Positions 20,435 to 30,007 of a stretch of 64,000 nt of DNA are shown piece by piece (within the stretch, counting starts at the first letter, position 1; each line of letters starts with the position of its first letter). A program made the translations under genes and the position numbers. The DNA is from Oscillospiraceae bacterium (GTDB lineage: Bacteria; Bacillota; Clostridia; Oscillospirales; Oscillospiraceae): positions 12,130 through 76,129 of the forward strand of contig JAFVCD010000036.1 of the NCBI GenBank assembly GCA_017479425.1, in the 5' to 3' direction. A model generated the notes under the pieces. It searched no databases. It was not told the DNA's origin and saw nothing but the letters and a program-made list of their open reading frames with translations.

Positions 20435-21280
20435 TTGAAGGACATTGTTACTAAAAAGGGTATAATCATCGCCGCCATCGCCGTCGTGATAGCGCTCGTC
20501 GCCGCCATCAGCATAGGCATAACGAACGGCAGAGCCGACCTTGCGACCATCCTCTCGGAGCCGGTTTTTACTCCGGTCAAGAGCGTTATGACGAGCGTTG
20601 TCGGCACGCTCGAGAACATCTACGGCTATCTTTACCGCTACGATGAGCTTGCCGCGGAGAATGAGCGCCTGCGCGCGCGAGTTGCCGACCTTGAGGAGCA
20701 GTACCGCGAGTACAGCGAGGTCAGCGAGGAGAACGACAGGCTCCGAGAGCTTCTTGATTTCACGAGCCGCCACTCCGACGACGACTTTGACCTCGAGGCG
20801 GTAACGCTCATAAGCTGGACAAGCTCGAACTTCGCATCGAGCTTCACCGTAAACCGCGGCGAGAACTCCGGCATCGCAGTCGGCAACGCGGTCATATCCT
20901 CCGGCGGCTATCTCATCGGCACCGTGACGAGCGTCGCCGCGACAAGCGCGACCGTCACGACAGTTCTTGACACCACCATGAGCATCGGCGCAAGGCTCTA
21001 TTCGAGCGACGATACCGGCGTTGTGGAGGGCGATTTCAACCTCTTCCGCCAGGGAAAGTGCCGTCTCGGCTACCTTGAGTTCGGCTCGAACGTCGTCTAC
21101 GGCGACCTTGTCGTCACCACCGGGCGCGGCGGAGAGATACCCTCCGGCCTCATAATCGGCTACGTCGACAGCGTTCTCGACAACCCGAGCGGCAACGAGT
21201 ACGCCGCGGTAGTGCGCCCAGGAGCCGAGTTTTCAACCCTCGCCAACGTCTACGTTATAAAGAGCTTTGAGGTAAACTGA
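20435..21280 (+). CDS. mreC: rod shape-determining protein MreC
   Basis: N-terminal TM helix, coiled coil (ENERLRARVADLEEQ, ENDRLRELL), then a beta-rich domain. TTG start at 20435 lies 8 nt after AAGAGG. The longer ORF-track extension overlaps maf. Confidence 0.85.
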   Translation: MKDIVTKKGIIIAAIAVVIALVAAISIGITNGRADLATILSEPVFTPVKSVMTSVVGTLENIYGYLYRYDELAAENERLRARVADLEEQYREYSEVSEENDRLRELLDFTSRHSDDDFDLEAVTLISWTSSNFASSFTVNRGENSGIAVGNAVISSGGYLIGTVTSVAATSATVTTVLDTTMSIGARLYSSDDTGVVEGDFNLFRQGKCRLGYLEFGSNVVYGDLVVTTGRGGEIPSGLIIGYVDSVLDNPSGNEYAAVVRPGAEFSTLANVYVIKSFEVN

Positions 21281-21780
21281 TGAACACTCTGAAAAGCAAG
21301 AGCGTCATACGCTCTCTGGCTTACATTCCGTTCCTGCTTATGCTGTTTTTCATTCAGGCGGCGATACTGCCGAGAGTTCCGATTTTCGGCGTAAAGGCCC
21401 AGCTTCTGCCGCTCGTTGTCGCCGCGGCCGGAGTTTGCGGCGGAGTCATTTCCGGCGGCGTTGTCGGTCTTTTTGCCGGAATGCTTATGGATATCTCCTT
21501 CAATGAGCCGACGATAGTCTACACTCTCGTTTTCTGCTTTCTCGGGCTGTTTATCGGCTACCTGTGCGATACAATCCTCATCAAGCGCATCCCGACCTAC
21601 CTTCTTATGACCGTTCTCGCGCTTGTCGTCTCCGGAATAACGGAGCTAATTAAGGCGATTTTCGCGCTCGGCGCGGGCGTTGCGCCGATGCTGTGGATAT
21701 CGCTGTTCGAGGGGATCTTCAGCTTCATTTTCGCACTTCCCGTTTATCTTATCACCCGCTCAATCGAAAGGATAGAATGA
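21280..21780 (+). CDS. mreD: rod shape-determining protein MreD
   Basis: 166-aa polytopic membrane protein directly coupled (TGATG) to mreC. Confidence 0.8.
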   Translation: MNTLKSKSVIRSLAYIPFLLMLFFIQAAILPRVPIFGVKAQLLPLVVAAAGVCGGVISGGVVGLFAGMLMDISFNEPTIVYTLVFCFLGLFIGYLCDTILIKRIPTYLLMTVLALVVSGITELIKAIFALGAGVAPMLWISLFEGIFSFIFALPVYLITRSIERIE

Positions 21781-21781
21781 C

Positions 21782-23818
21782 GTGACACTTAAATTCACGC
21801 GGCTCGCGTTTATATTCCTGCTGATATTTGCAATGGCGGCCGGCTTTATCTACGTTATATATGACCTCACAGTCGTCGACGCGGAGAGCTACGTTATACA
21901 GTCGGCAGGCTCGGTTGCGACGGTCGAGACCATACCCTCGGCGCGCGGCGCAATCCTTGACCGCAACGGAACGCTGCTCGCCTCAGACAGAACCGTCTAC
22001 TCCGTGACTATCAGCCGCTCAAGGCTGCTCGAGGAGAGCCTTGAGGATCGCAACAGCATAGTTCTGAGCCTGATACGCGCCGCCATCGACAACGGAATAG
22101 ATTACAACGACTCCTTCCCCGTGACGATGTCGGCCCCGTTTCAGTACACCGCGCTGAGAACAGAGAGGCAGGAATCGCGCCTTGCCAAGTTTCTCGAGCG
22201 CTACCACGTCGATCCCGATATCTCCGCGCCGGATCTTATGAGCTGGATGCGTAAGCACTATGACATCAGCTTCACGACCTCCTCCGAGGATGCGCGTAGG
22301 ATTATCGGCGTGCGCTACGAGCTCGAACTTCGCATTGTTATAAACACCACAGATTACGTCTTTGCAAGCGACGTGCCGGTAGACTTTGTTACCTACATCA
22401 AGGAGGAGCGGCTCAGCCCCGTATCCGTGACAGTCGCCACAAAGAGAGAGTATCACACCGACTATGCGCGCCACATTCTCGGCACTGTCGGCTATATCTC
22501 CAAAGAATTTCTTGACGCGCACCCCGACGAGGGCTATACGATCAACTCCATCGTCGGAAAGAGCGGCGCGGAGAGCGGCTTTGAGGAATATCTCCGAGGT
22601 ATTGACGGAAGTGTGCGCACCTACCGCGATAAGAACGGCAACGTGACCGATATCGAGATGATATCTGAGCCGAAGGCCGGCGGCAACGTGTACCTTACAA
22701 TAGACTCGTCCCTCCAGAAATCCACCGAGGACGCGCTCAGCACCGGTATCGCGCAGCTCAACACAGACCGCGACAATGAGGAGCTTGCGAAGGCTATCGA
22801 GGAAAATCGCGAGCCGCGCACCCTTGAGCACGCCGAGGGCGGCGCCGCGGTTGTAGTTAAGGTCGGCACCGGAGAGGTGCTGAGTATGGCGTCATACCCC
22901 GATTACGACGTTTCGATGTGGAACCGCGCGGTTCAGGGCACCTACGAGCCGGGCTCGACCTTCAAGATGGTGACCGCGCTTGCAGGTCTGAATATGCACA
23001 AGATTACGCCCGAAACGCGCATTTACGACGAGGGCGAGTTTACAGAATACAAGGAATATTTCTACACCCCGCGCTGCTGGATCTACCCCGGCAGCCACGG
23101 CAGTCTGGACGTCATCGGCGCGCTTGAAAACAGCTGCAACTACTTCTTTTATCAGGTCGCGGACGACACCGGTATCACAGCCATCGCCAACACCGCCGCT
23201 GAATTCGGCTTCGGTCAGAAGAGCGGCATTGAGCTTGATGAAAACATCGGCGTAGTCGCCTCGCGCGAATCGAAGCGTGAAATTCTGAACGACGGCTGGT
23301 ATGACGCCGATACTCTTCAGGCGGGCATAGGTCAGAGCATACACCAGTTCAATCCCCTTCAGATTGCAAACTACTGCGCCACCATCGCCACCGGCGGCAA
23401 GCGCTACTCCGCTACGATACTCGATTATGTCACCACAGCCGATTATTCCGCGACGCTCGTCGATAAGCAGCCCGAGCTCGTTCACATTATCGACGACAGC
23501 GAAGGCTATTTCCCCATTATACAGAAGGGCATGGAGGCGGTTGCAAAGACCGGCACCGCGCGAAGCGCGTTCCGCGGCTTCCCTATCTCAGTTGCGTGCA
23601 AGACCGGTACCGTTCAGTCGGACAGCACCTCGGTCAATAACGCGGTTTTCGTATGCTACGCCCCTGCGGACAACCCCGAGATTGCTATTGCGGTCGTCGT
23701 CGAAAAGGGCGGCTCGGGCTCGAGCCTGACAACGATTGCCAAGGATATTCTCACAGCTTACTTCTCAACAGTGTCCGAGCGCGAGACAGTACCTTATGAG
23801 AACACGCCCGTCAGATAA
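21782..23818 (+). CDS. mrdA: penicillin-binding protein 2 (class B transpeptidase)
   Basis: SxxK (STFK), SxN (SCN) and KTGT motifs. N-terminal TM anchor. Confidence 0.9.
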   Translation: MTLKFTRLAFIFLLIFAMAAGFIYVIYDLTVVDAESYVIQSAGSVATVETIPSARGAILDRNGTLLASDRTVYSVTISRSRLLEESLEDRNSIVLSLIRAAIDNGIDYNDSFPVTMSAPFQYTALRTERQESRLAKFLERYHVDPDISAPDLMSWMRKHYDISFTTSSEDARRIIGVRYELELRIVINTTDYVFASDVPVDFVTYIKEERLSPVSVTVATKREYHTDYARHILGTVGYISKEFLDAHPDEGYTINSIVGKSGAESGFEEYLRGIDGSVRTYRDKNGNVTDIEMISEPKAGGNVYLTIDSSLQKSTEDALSTGIAQLNTDRDNEELAKAIEENREPRTLEHAEGGAAVVVKVGTGEVLSMASYPDYDVSMWNRAVQGTYEPGSTFKMVTALAGLNMHKITPETRIYDEGEFTEYKEYFYTPRCWIYPGSHGSLDVIGALENSCNYFFYQVADDTGITAIANTAAEFGFGQKSGIELDENIGVVASRESKREILNDGWYDADTLQAGIGQSIHQFNPLQIANYCATIATGGKRYSATILDYVTTADYSATLVDKQPELVHIIDDSEGYFPIIQKGMEAVAKTGTARSAFRGFPISVACKTGTVQSDSTSVNNAVFVCYAPADNPEIAIAVVVEKGGSGSSLTTIAKDILTAYFSTVSERETVPYENTPVR

Positions 23819-23868
23819 TAAACCAACAAAAACATCCGAATTTGTATAGTAATATCCGTCATTGGCAC

Positions 23869-23897
23869 TTGATTTTGTTCAGATAATAATGTAAAAT
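23869..23897 (+). promoter_or_regulatory. sigma-70-type promoter upstream of minD
   Basis: TTGATT, 17-nt spacer, TAAAAT. Confidence 0.5.
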
Positions 23898-23958
23898 AAT
23901 TATGTCAGAGTGTGACATTGTTTTGTGGCACTTTGCGGCAAAGACGAGGAAGGTTAAG

Positions 23959-24699
23959 ATGGGTGTAAAAATCGTTATCACCTCCGGAAAGGGCGGCACC
24001 GGCAAAACAAGCTCAACCGCGGCGATTGCCGAGGCGCTCGCGATCATTGGCAAGCGCGTTCTGTGCGTGGACTGCGACGTCGGGCTGCGCAATCTCGACC
24101 TCGCTCTCGGTGTTCAGGACGAGGTGCTGTTCGACTTCTACGACGCGATGGCGGAGAGAGTCGAGCTTAAGGACGCAATTATGCACCACCCGGATATTTC
24201 AAATCTCGATTTTCTCTCTGCGCCGAGCGATATGGCGCCCGGCGATATTGACGAAGCGGAGTTCAACAGACTTTTTGACTCCGCCGCAGAGGATTATGAT
24301 TTCATCCTCTTCGACTCCCCGGCCGGTCTCGGAGCCGGTTTCCGGCTCGCCGCCACCCCCGCCGACATGGGCATCGTGGTTGCGACGGCGGACGCTACGA
24401 GCCTGCGCGACGGGCAAAAGACCGTAAATGCCCTCAAGGAGCGCGGAATTGAGAATGTGAGGCTCCTCGTTAACCGCGTTCAGAAGCGGCAGTTCCGACG
24501 CATAAGATCGTCCGTTGACGATATTATCGACTCCGTCGGCGCGCAGCTTATCGGCGTTGTCAGCGAGGATGAGTCGATACCCATCGCCGCGAACCTCGGA
24601 GTGCCGATAATGCGCTACGGCGCGAGGTATGCGTTTGATCAGTATGAAAGAATAGCCCGCCGTATCTGCGGCGAGCGAGTGTATATCGGAAAAATATGA
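23959..24699 (+). CDS. minD: MinD/ParA-family septum-site ATPase
   Basis: Deviant Walker A SGKGGTGKTS. MinD-like length. GAGGAAGG lies upstream of ATG 23959. Confidence 0.8.
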   Translation: MGVKIVITSGKGGTGKTSSTAAIAEALAIIGKRVLCVDCDVGLRNLDLALGVQDEVLFDFYDAMAERVELKDAIMHHPDISNLDFLSAPSDMAPGDIDEAEFNRLFDSAAEDYDFILFDSPAGLGAGFRLAATPADMGIVVATADATSLRDGQKTVNALKERGIENVRLLVNRVQKRQFRRIRSSVDDIIDSVGAQLIGVVSEDESIPIAANLGVPIMRYGARYAFDQYERIARRICGERVYIGKI

Positions 24700-24715
24700 A
24701 AGGCTGGTGTTAAAA

Positions 24716-25114
24716 TTGAACATTGCAATCATGGCGCACGACAGGAAAAAGGAACTCATGGTCCAGTTCTGCATCGCATACTGCGGAATCCTTGCAAACC
24801 ACTCGCTATGTGCTACTAACTCCACCGGAAGACTTGTTTCCGAGGCAACCGGCCTGCCCATAACGCTGTACCACTCCTGCGAGCAGGGCGGCGCGCAGCA
24901 GATCGGCGCGAGGATCACTTATAATGAGCTCGACCTCGTTCTCTTCTTTGAGGATCCGAGCAAGGAGCAGGCGACTGAGGTCAGCTATCTCTGCCGTCTG
25001 TGCGATCAGATGAACGTCCCGTTTGCGACGAACGTCGCCACCGCTGAGGTGCTTATCCGCGGTCTTCAGGACGGTCTTCTCGATTGGCGCGATATCGTCA
25101 ACCCGAAGAAATAA
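24716..25114 (+). CDS. mgsA: methylglyoxal synthase homologue (active-site residues substituted)
   Basis: Colinear with MgsA (IAIMAHDRKK..., QQIG, NVPFATNVATAE). The start is TTG 24716 or GTG 24707. Confidence 0.8.
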   Translation: MNIAIMAHDRKKELMVQFCIAYCGILANHSLCATNSTGRLVSEATGLPITLYHSCEQGGAQQIGARITYNELDLVLFFEDPSKEQATEVSYLCRLCDQMNVPFATNVATAEVLIRGLQDGLLDWRDIVNPKK

Positions 25115-25201
25115 TGCAATACTAATCCCTAATCAAAATCTTCAATTCGCGCTTGCCCTTTTCAGCGATTAGCATAAATGCGCGAAAAATCGTTGTTTTA
25201 C

Positions 25202-25229
25202 TTGAAAAATATTCATATTATGCTATAAT
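25202..25229 (+). promoter_or_regulatory. sigma-70-type promoter of hisS-aspS
   Basis: TTGAAA, 16-nt spacer, TGcTATAAT. Confidence 0.55.
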
Positions 25230-25281
25230 TATGGGCGGGTTTTTGCGACCCGTCCTTATGCTTATTTTTAGGAGAATTCTA

Positions 25282-26640
25282 ATGGCAAACGTTACACCCC
25301 GTACCCTTTCCGGGTTTATGGAGCTGCTTCCTGCCCAGCAGCAGCAGTTTGAGAAAATCGCGGAGGTTCTGCGGAGAGTCTACTCTCTCTATGGCTTCAC
25401 CCCGCTCGACACGCCGATAATCGAGTCGAGTGACGTCCTCTTGGCGAAGGGCGGCGGCGAGACCGAAAAGCAGATCTACCGCTTTCAGAAGGGCGACAGT
25501 GATCTCAGTCTGCGTTTTGATCTCACTGTTCCGCTCGCAAAATACGTCGCGATGCACTATTCCGAGCTCTCCTTCCCCTTCCGCCGCTTCCAGATAGGCA
25601 AGGTTTACCGCGGCGAGCGCGCTCAGCGCGGGCGCTTCCGCGAGTTCTATCAGGCGGATATCGACGTAATCGGCGACGGTAAGCTCAGCATTATGAACGA
25701 GGCGGAGATCCCGAGCATAATTTACCGCGTTTTCAACGAGCTTGGACTGAAGCGCTTTGTTATCCGCGTCAACAACCGCAAGATTCTCAACGGCTTCTAC
25801 GCGCTTCTCGGTCTTTCAGAAAAGTCCGGCGACGTTATGCGCACCGTGGATAAGCTCGATAAGATCGGCGCCGAGAAGGTCAAGGCCATCCTCTGCGAGG
25901 ATTTCGGCGTAAGCGAGGAAAATGCGGACGATATTCTGAAGTTTATCGCCATCAAGGGCACAAACAGCGAGGTGCTCGGCGCGCTCGAGGCTTACAGAGG
26001 CAAGAACGAGACCTTTGATCTCGGACTTGACGAGCTTCGCGAGGTTTGCCGATATCTCGCCGCCTTCGGAGTGCCCGAGGAGAATTTCCGCGTCGATCTC
26101 ACTATCGCGCGCGGCCTCGACTACTACACCGGCACCGTCTACGAGACGACGATGCTCGATTATCCCGAGATCGGCGCCATCTGCGCCGGCGGAAGATACG
26201 ATAATCTCGCCGGATATTACACCGATAAGGAGCTTCCCGGAGTTGGCGTCGCCATCGGACTTACGCGCCTCTTCTTCGTACTCGACGACTGCGGGCTTCT
26301 CAATAACGAGCTGAACACCGCGCCGGCAGACGCGCTCGTGATCCCGATGACGGACGATCTCTCCGCCGCTATTGAATGTGCCTCAGCGCTGCGTGAGAGC
26401 GGCGTGCGCGCGCAGGTTTATTTCGAGGATAAAAAGTTCAAGCAGAAGATAACTTACGCTTCTAAAACCGGCATCCCTTACGCCGTTTTCCTCGGCGAGG
26501 ACGAGATAAAATCCGGCACAGTCGCAGTCAAGGATCTCTCCACCGGCAGGCAGGAGACGGTTCCGGCAGGCTCGGCTGCGGAATATATAAAGGCAAAACT
26601 CGGTGAGCGCTTCACCGGTTCGATAATTACGGAGGGGTAA
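25282..26640 (+). CDS. hisS: histidine--tRNA ligase
   Basis: Class II aaRS motifs (FRYQRPQ-like FRRFQIGKVYRGERAQRGRFREFYQ, GGRYDNL). AGGAGA lies upstream of ATG 25282. Confidence 0.92.
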   Translation: MANVTPRTLSGFMELLPAQQQQFEKIAEVLRRVYSLYGFTPLDTPIIESSDVLLAKGGGETEKQIYRFQKGDSDLSLRFDLTVPLAKYVAMHYSELSFPFRRFQIGKVYRGERAQRGRFREFYQADIDVIGDGKLSIMNEAEIPSIIYRVFNELGLKRFVIRVNNRKILNGFYALLGLSEKSGDVMRTVDKLDKIGAEKVKAILCEDFGVSEENADDILKFIAIKGTNSEVLGALEAYRGKNETFDLGLDELREVCRYLAAFGVPEENFRVDLTIARGLDYYTGTVYETTMLDYPEIGAICAGGRYDNLAGYYTDKELPGVGVAIGLTRLFFVLDDCGLLNNELNTAPADALVIPMTDDLSAAIECASALRESGVRAQVYFEDKKFKQKITYASKTGIPYAVFLGEDEIKSGTVAVKDLSTGRQETVPAGSAAEYIKAKLGERFTGSIITEG

Positions 26641-26644
26641 AACT

Positions 26645-28417
26645 ATGTCTTATTACAGAACACACAACCTCGGCGAGCTGAGGATTGAGAACGTCGGCGA
26701 GCGCGTTACGCTCTCAGGCTGGATGGAAAATGTGCGTATGGTCAGCGCCAATCTCGCGTTCGTCGTAATGCGCGACTTCTACGGCACAACCCAGATCGTC
26801 TGCGAGACTGAGGATATGATCGCCGCCATCAAGGGCATAAACAAGGAGTCCACGATTCAGATCGAGGGCGTTGTCCGCGAGAGAAGCTCCAAGAACCCGA
26901 AGCAGGCGACCGGCGATATCGAGGTCGTTCCCGATAAAATTACAGTTCTCGGCAAGTGCCGCTACAACGAGCTGCCCTTTGAGATCAATCGCTCCCGTGA
27001 GGCCGACGAGCAGCAGCGCCTTAAGTACCGCTATCTCGACCTGCGCAATCCCGAGGTCAAGGATAAAATCGTTATGCGCTGCAACGTGGTCGCGGCGCTT
27101 CGTCAGGCGATGACCGAGCACGGCTTCCTTGAAATCACCACCCCGATACTTACCGTATCAAGTCCCGAGGGCGCGCGCGATTACCTCGTTCCCGCCCGCA
27201 AGCACCCCGGCAAGTTCTATGCTCTGCCCCAGGCGCCGCAGCAGTTCAAGCAGCTGCTTATGACCTCGGGCTTTGATAAGTATTTCCAGATCGCGCCCTG
27301 CTTCCGCGACGAGGACGCACGCGGCGACCGCAGCCCCGGCGAGTTCTATCAGTTGGATATGGAGATGGCGTTCGCCACGCAGGAGGACGTTTTTGCCGTT
27401 ATCGAGGACGTTCTGCCCCCGATCTTCGCAAAGTTCGGCAAGTACGATATCGCCTCCAAGCCCCCCTTCCGCCGCGTAAAATACCTTGACGCGCTCGAGA
27501 CCTACGGCTCCGACAAGCCCGATCTGCGCATCGACCTCACCGCGAAGGATGTCACCGCCGAGCTTTCAGACTGCGGCTTCGAGCCCTTTGCTTCCGGCGA
27601 AATCAAGGCAGTTGATATTACAGGCTGCACCCTCACCCGCAAGCAGATAGAAAAGCTCCTCGCTGACTGCGAGGTTCAGGCGGGCGTAAAGAGCTACTGG
27701 TTCAAGGTCGATGAGACCGGCGCGATTGCAGGCGGCGTAGCCAAGTTCGTAGCCGATAAGAAGGACGCCCTCAGCGCGAAGCTCAACCTCGCGCCGAACA
27801 CCCTCGTCGTTCTCTCCGCGGGTAAAAAGAGCCTCGCTCAGAAGGCTGCCGGTGTTGCAATCAAGACCTTCGGCGCTAACGTTCCCGGTCACATGGACAA
27901 GGAGCGCTATGAGTTCTGCTGGATCGTCGACTTCCCGATGTACGAGATCGGTGAGGAGAGCGGCGAGCTTGAGTTCTGCCACAACCCGTTCAGTATGCCG
28001 AAGGGCGGTCTTGAGACGCTTCTAAAGGCTGAGCGCGGCGAGATCGACCCGCTCACCATCGAGGCGGATCAGTACGACATCGTCTGCAACGGCATCGAGC
28101 TCAGCTCCGGCGCTGTCCGTAACCACGACCCCGAGATCATGGTCAAGGCATTTGAGTTTGTCCGCCTCGGCGAGGAGGATGTCAAGGCAAAGTTCCCCGC
28201 AATGTACAACGCCTTCTGCTACGGTGCGCCTCCCCACGCAGGCGTCGCGCCCGGAGTTGACCGCATGGTCATGCTTCTCGCGGGCGTTGAGACCATCCGC
28301 GAGGTTATTCCGTTCCCGATGAACAAGAACGCGCAGGACGTTATGATGGACGCTCCGAGCGCCGTCACCGATAAGCAGCTTGAGGAACTCCACATCAAGT
28401 GCGTTCCGGTCGAATAA
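26645..28417 (+). CDS. aspS: aspartate--tRNA ligase
   Basis: OB-fold N-terminus, FRDEDARGDRSPEF-type motif 2, and GGLD/GVDR motif 3 (APGVDRMVMLL). Confidence 0.93.
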   Translation: MSYYRTHNLGELRIENVGERVTLSGWMENVRMVSANLAFVVMRDFYGTTQIVCETEDMIAAIKGINKESTIQIEGVVRERSSKNPKQATGDIEVVPDKITVLGKCRYNELPFEINRSREADEQQRLKYRYLDLRNPEVKDKIVMRCNVVAALRQAMTEHGFLEITTPILTVSSPEGARDYLVPARKHPGKFYALPQAPQQFKQLLMTSGFDKYFQIAPCFRDEDARGDRSPGEFYQLDMEMAFATQEDVFAVIEDVLPPIFAKFGKYDIASKPPFRRVKYLDALETYGSDKPDLRIDLTAKDVTAELSDCGFEPFASGEIKAVDITGCTLTRKQIEKLLADCEVQAGVKSYWFKVDETGAIAGGVAKFVADKKDALSAKLNLAPNTLVVLSAGKKSLAQKAAGVAIKTFGANVPGHMDKERYEFCWIVDFPMYEIGEESGELEFCHNPFSMPKGGLETLLKAERGEIDPLTIEADQYDIVCNGIELSSGAVRNHDPEIMVKAFEFVRLGEEDVKAKFPAMYNAFCYGAPPHAGVAPGVDRMVMLLAGVETIREVIPFPMNKNAQDVMMDAPSAVTDKQLEELHIKCVPVE

Positions 28418-28456
28418 GTCAATATACGACGAAAGCTCCCCGATTCGGGGAGCTTC

Positions 28457-28617
28457 AGACTGTAGACAAAAAGGAAAAGCGGTGGATAAAGGAGGCGGGG
28501 TTCTGTGAAGGGGCCGGCCGAGAGGCCCCTTCACGTCGCATAACTCGCCCGCAGGCGTCATATTTTGCGCTCAGAGAGCGCAAAATATGTTCGATGCGGA
28601 GACTTTGTCGACGCATT
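28457..28617 (-). mobile_element. MITE-like structured repeat, copy 2 (161 bp, inverted), flanked by a duplicated terminator hairpin
   Basis: Reverse complement of the family consensus. Flanking direct repeats are aaagctccccgattcggggagctt at 28432-28455 and 28618-28641. Hairpins at 28505-28534 and 28559-28589. Confidence 0.75.
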
Positions 28618-28646
28618 AAAGCTCCCCGATTCGGGGAGCTTTTTTG

Positions 28647-29141
28647 TTAGTCAAAGGCGCGCGCCTCGACGTAGGTCATCAGCTTATTGTTCAAAACGGC
28701 ATACTCAACAACGCCCAAAATGATAACCGCCGCAATTATTATCGGGTTATGCGCGAAAAAGCCCGCGCACAGAGCAATATTTGTACAAACGCCGATAAAA
28801 ATCAGAAGCGCCAAATGCTCTTTGAGCCATTTCATTTTGAAATACTCTGTTCTTTCTGACAGTGTGAAGCCGGATTGCGCGACCGCCGATTTGAGGTTTT
28901 CCTCGGCGGCGGCGGCATATTCGCTGCTCTCAAGCCTTTTTCCGCTGAGAAGCTCATTTATGGTTACGCCAAAAAGCTCGCTCAGTTCTTTAAGCGCCTC
29001 AACCGGCGGGAGATACGTTCCCGTCTCCCAACGTGATACTGTCTTATTCGTCACGCCGAGCCTCTCGCCGAGCGCCTCCTGCGTGAGATTCTTTTCCTTG
29101 CGCAGCAGCGCGATGAATGCTCCGATTTTTACTGTATCCAT
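28647..29141 (-). CDS. XRE-family HTH regulator with a C-terminal membrane domain
   Basis: HTH_3 motif (LRKEKNLTQEALGERLGVTNKTVSRWETG) followed by two hydrophobic helices. Confidence 0.8.
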   Translation of the reverse strand: MDTVKIGAFIALLRKEKNLTQEALGERLGVTNKTVSRWETGTYLPPVEALKELSELFGVTINELLSGKRLESSEYAAAAEENLKSAVAQSGFTLSERTEYFKMKWLKEHLALLIFIGVCTNIALCAGFFAHNPIIIAAVIILGVVEYAVLNNKLMTYVEARAFD

Positions 29142-29209
29142 AAAACCGCCTCCTGTTTGGTTACATTCTACCTCACAGCGGCGCGTTTGTCTTTACCATA
29201 AACAGCGAA

Positions 29210-29992
29210 TCACAGATATTCCTTCAGCTTTTCAAGCACGTTATCGCAGTTCGGGAAGAGAGCTCGCAGCTCAGCGGAGCTGGTTGACATAATATATCCA
29301 GTTCCCGCCGCCTCGAGCATAGGCACGTCGTTCCAGTTATCACCGAAGGCGACCGTATCGGCGGTGTCAACTCCGAGAGCCTCGCAGAGCGCGATGAGAC
29401 CGTCGCCCTTGTTCGCGTTGTTGAAATCCCACCACGTCGGGCCGGCGCACGCCATGTGTATCTTATCACCCCACATTGGGTGCAGAACGCTCTCAGCATC
29501 TTCAAGATTGTGCGGGCAGTATGCCGCCATCGAAGCGATCGGGCCGCGGATCTCATCCCAGTCGTCGATGAGGTCGAGCTTATTTGAGAGTCCGTCGCGC
29601 AGAACGCTGATAAGCTCCGTCGAGCTTCGCAGGCAGTACGAGGTGTAGATATCGTTCGCAACGCAGTACGAGCCGTCGATCGCCTCAATAGAGCGCGCGA
29701 TGCCGAGCGCCAGAGCGCGGTCAATCTCTTTATAGCGCAATATCGGCGTCGGCTCCTCGGGGCCGCAGTTGTAGACTACTCCGCCGTTTTCACCAATGTA
29801 ATATATTTCGTCCGGCATTTCGCTGAACAGCACGCGCATCGAGTGATACTGCCTTCCCGAGTTCAGGACGAAGCCTATCCCCCGCTCCCTGAGCGCGCGG
29901 ACTACTGAATAGGTTTCCTCAGGAAGTCCGCCGTAGCCGTAGGGAATCAGCGTACCGTCGATATCGCAAAATACTAATTTGGGTTTATTCAT
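29210..29992 (-). CDS. Cof-type HAD-IIB phosphatase
   Basis: DIDGTL motif I, a SGR motif, and GDNWNDVPML motif IV. Confidence 0.85.
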   Translation of the reverse strand: MNKPKLVFCDIDGTLIPYGYGGLPEETYSVVRALRERGIGFVLNSGRQYHSMRVLFSEMPDEIYYIGENGGVVYNCGPEEPTPILRYKEIDRALALGIARSIEAIDGSYCVANDIYTSYCLRSSTELISVLRDGLSNKLDLIDDWDEIRGPIASMAAYCPHNLEDAESVLHPMWGDKIHMACAGPTWWDFNNANKGDGLIALCEALGVDTADTVAFGDNWNDVPMLEAAGTGYIMSTSSAELRALFPNCDNVLEKLKEYL

Positions 29993-30007
29993 AAGGCATC
30001 CCGCCTG

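Noticed and set aside
25115-25281. Possible T-box leader upstream of hisS-aspS.
   Set aside because: - Only about 50 nt lie between the predicted -10 element and the ATG.
- There is no specifier-loop, T-box (AATTAGGGTGGTACCGCG-like) or terminator/antiterminator architecture, only one short hairpin.
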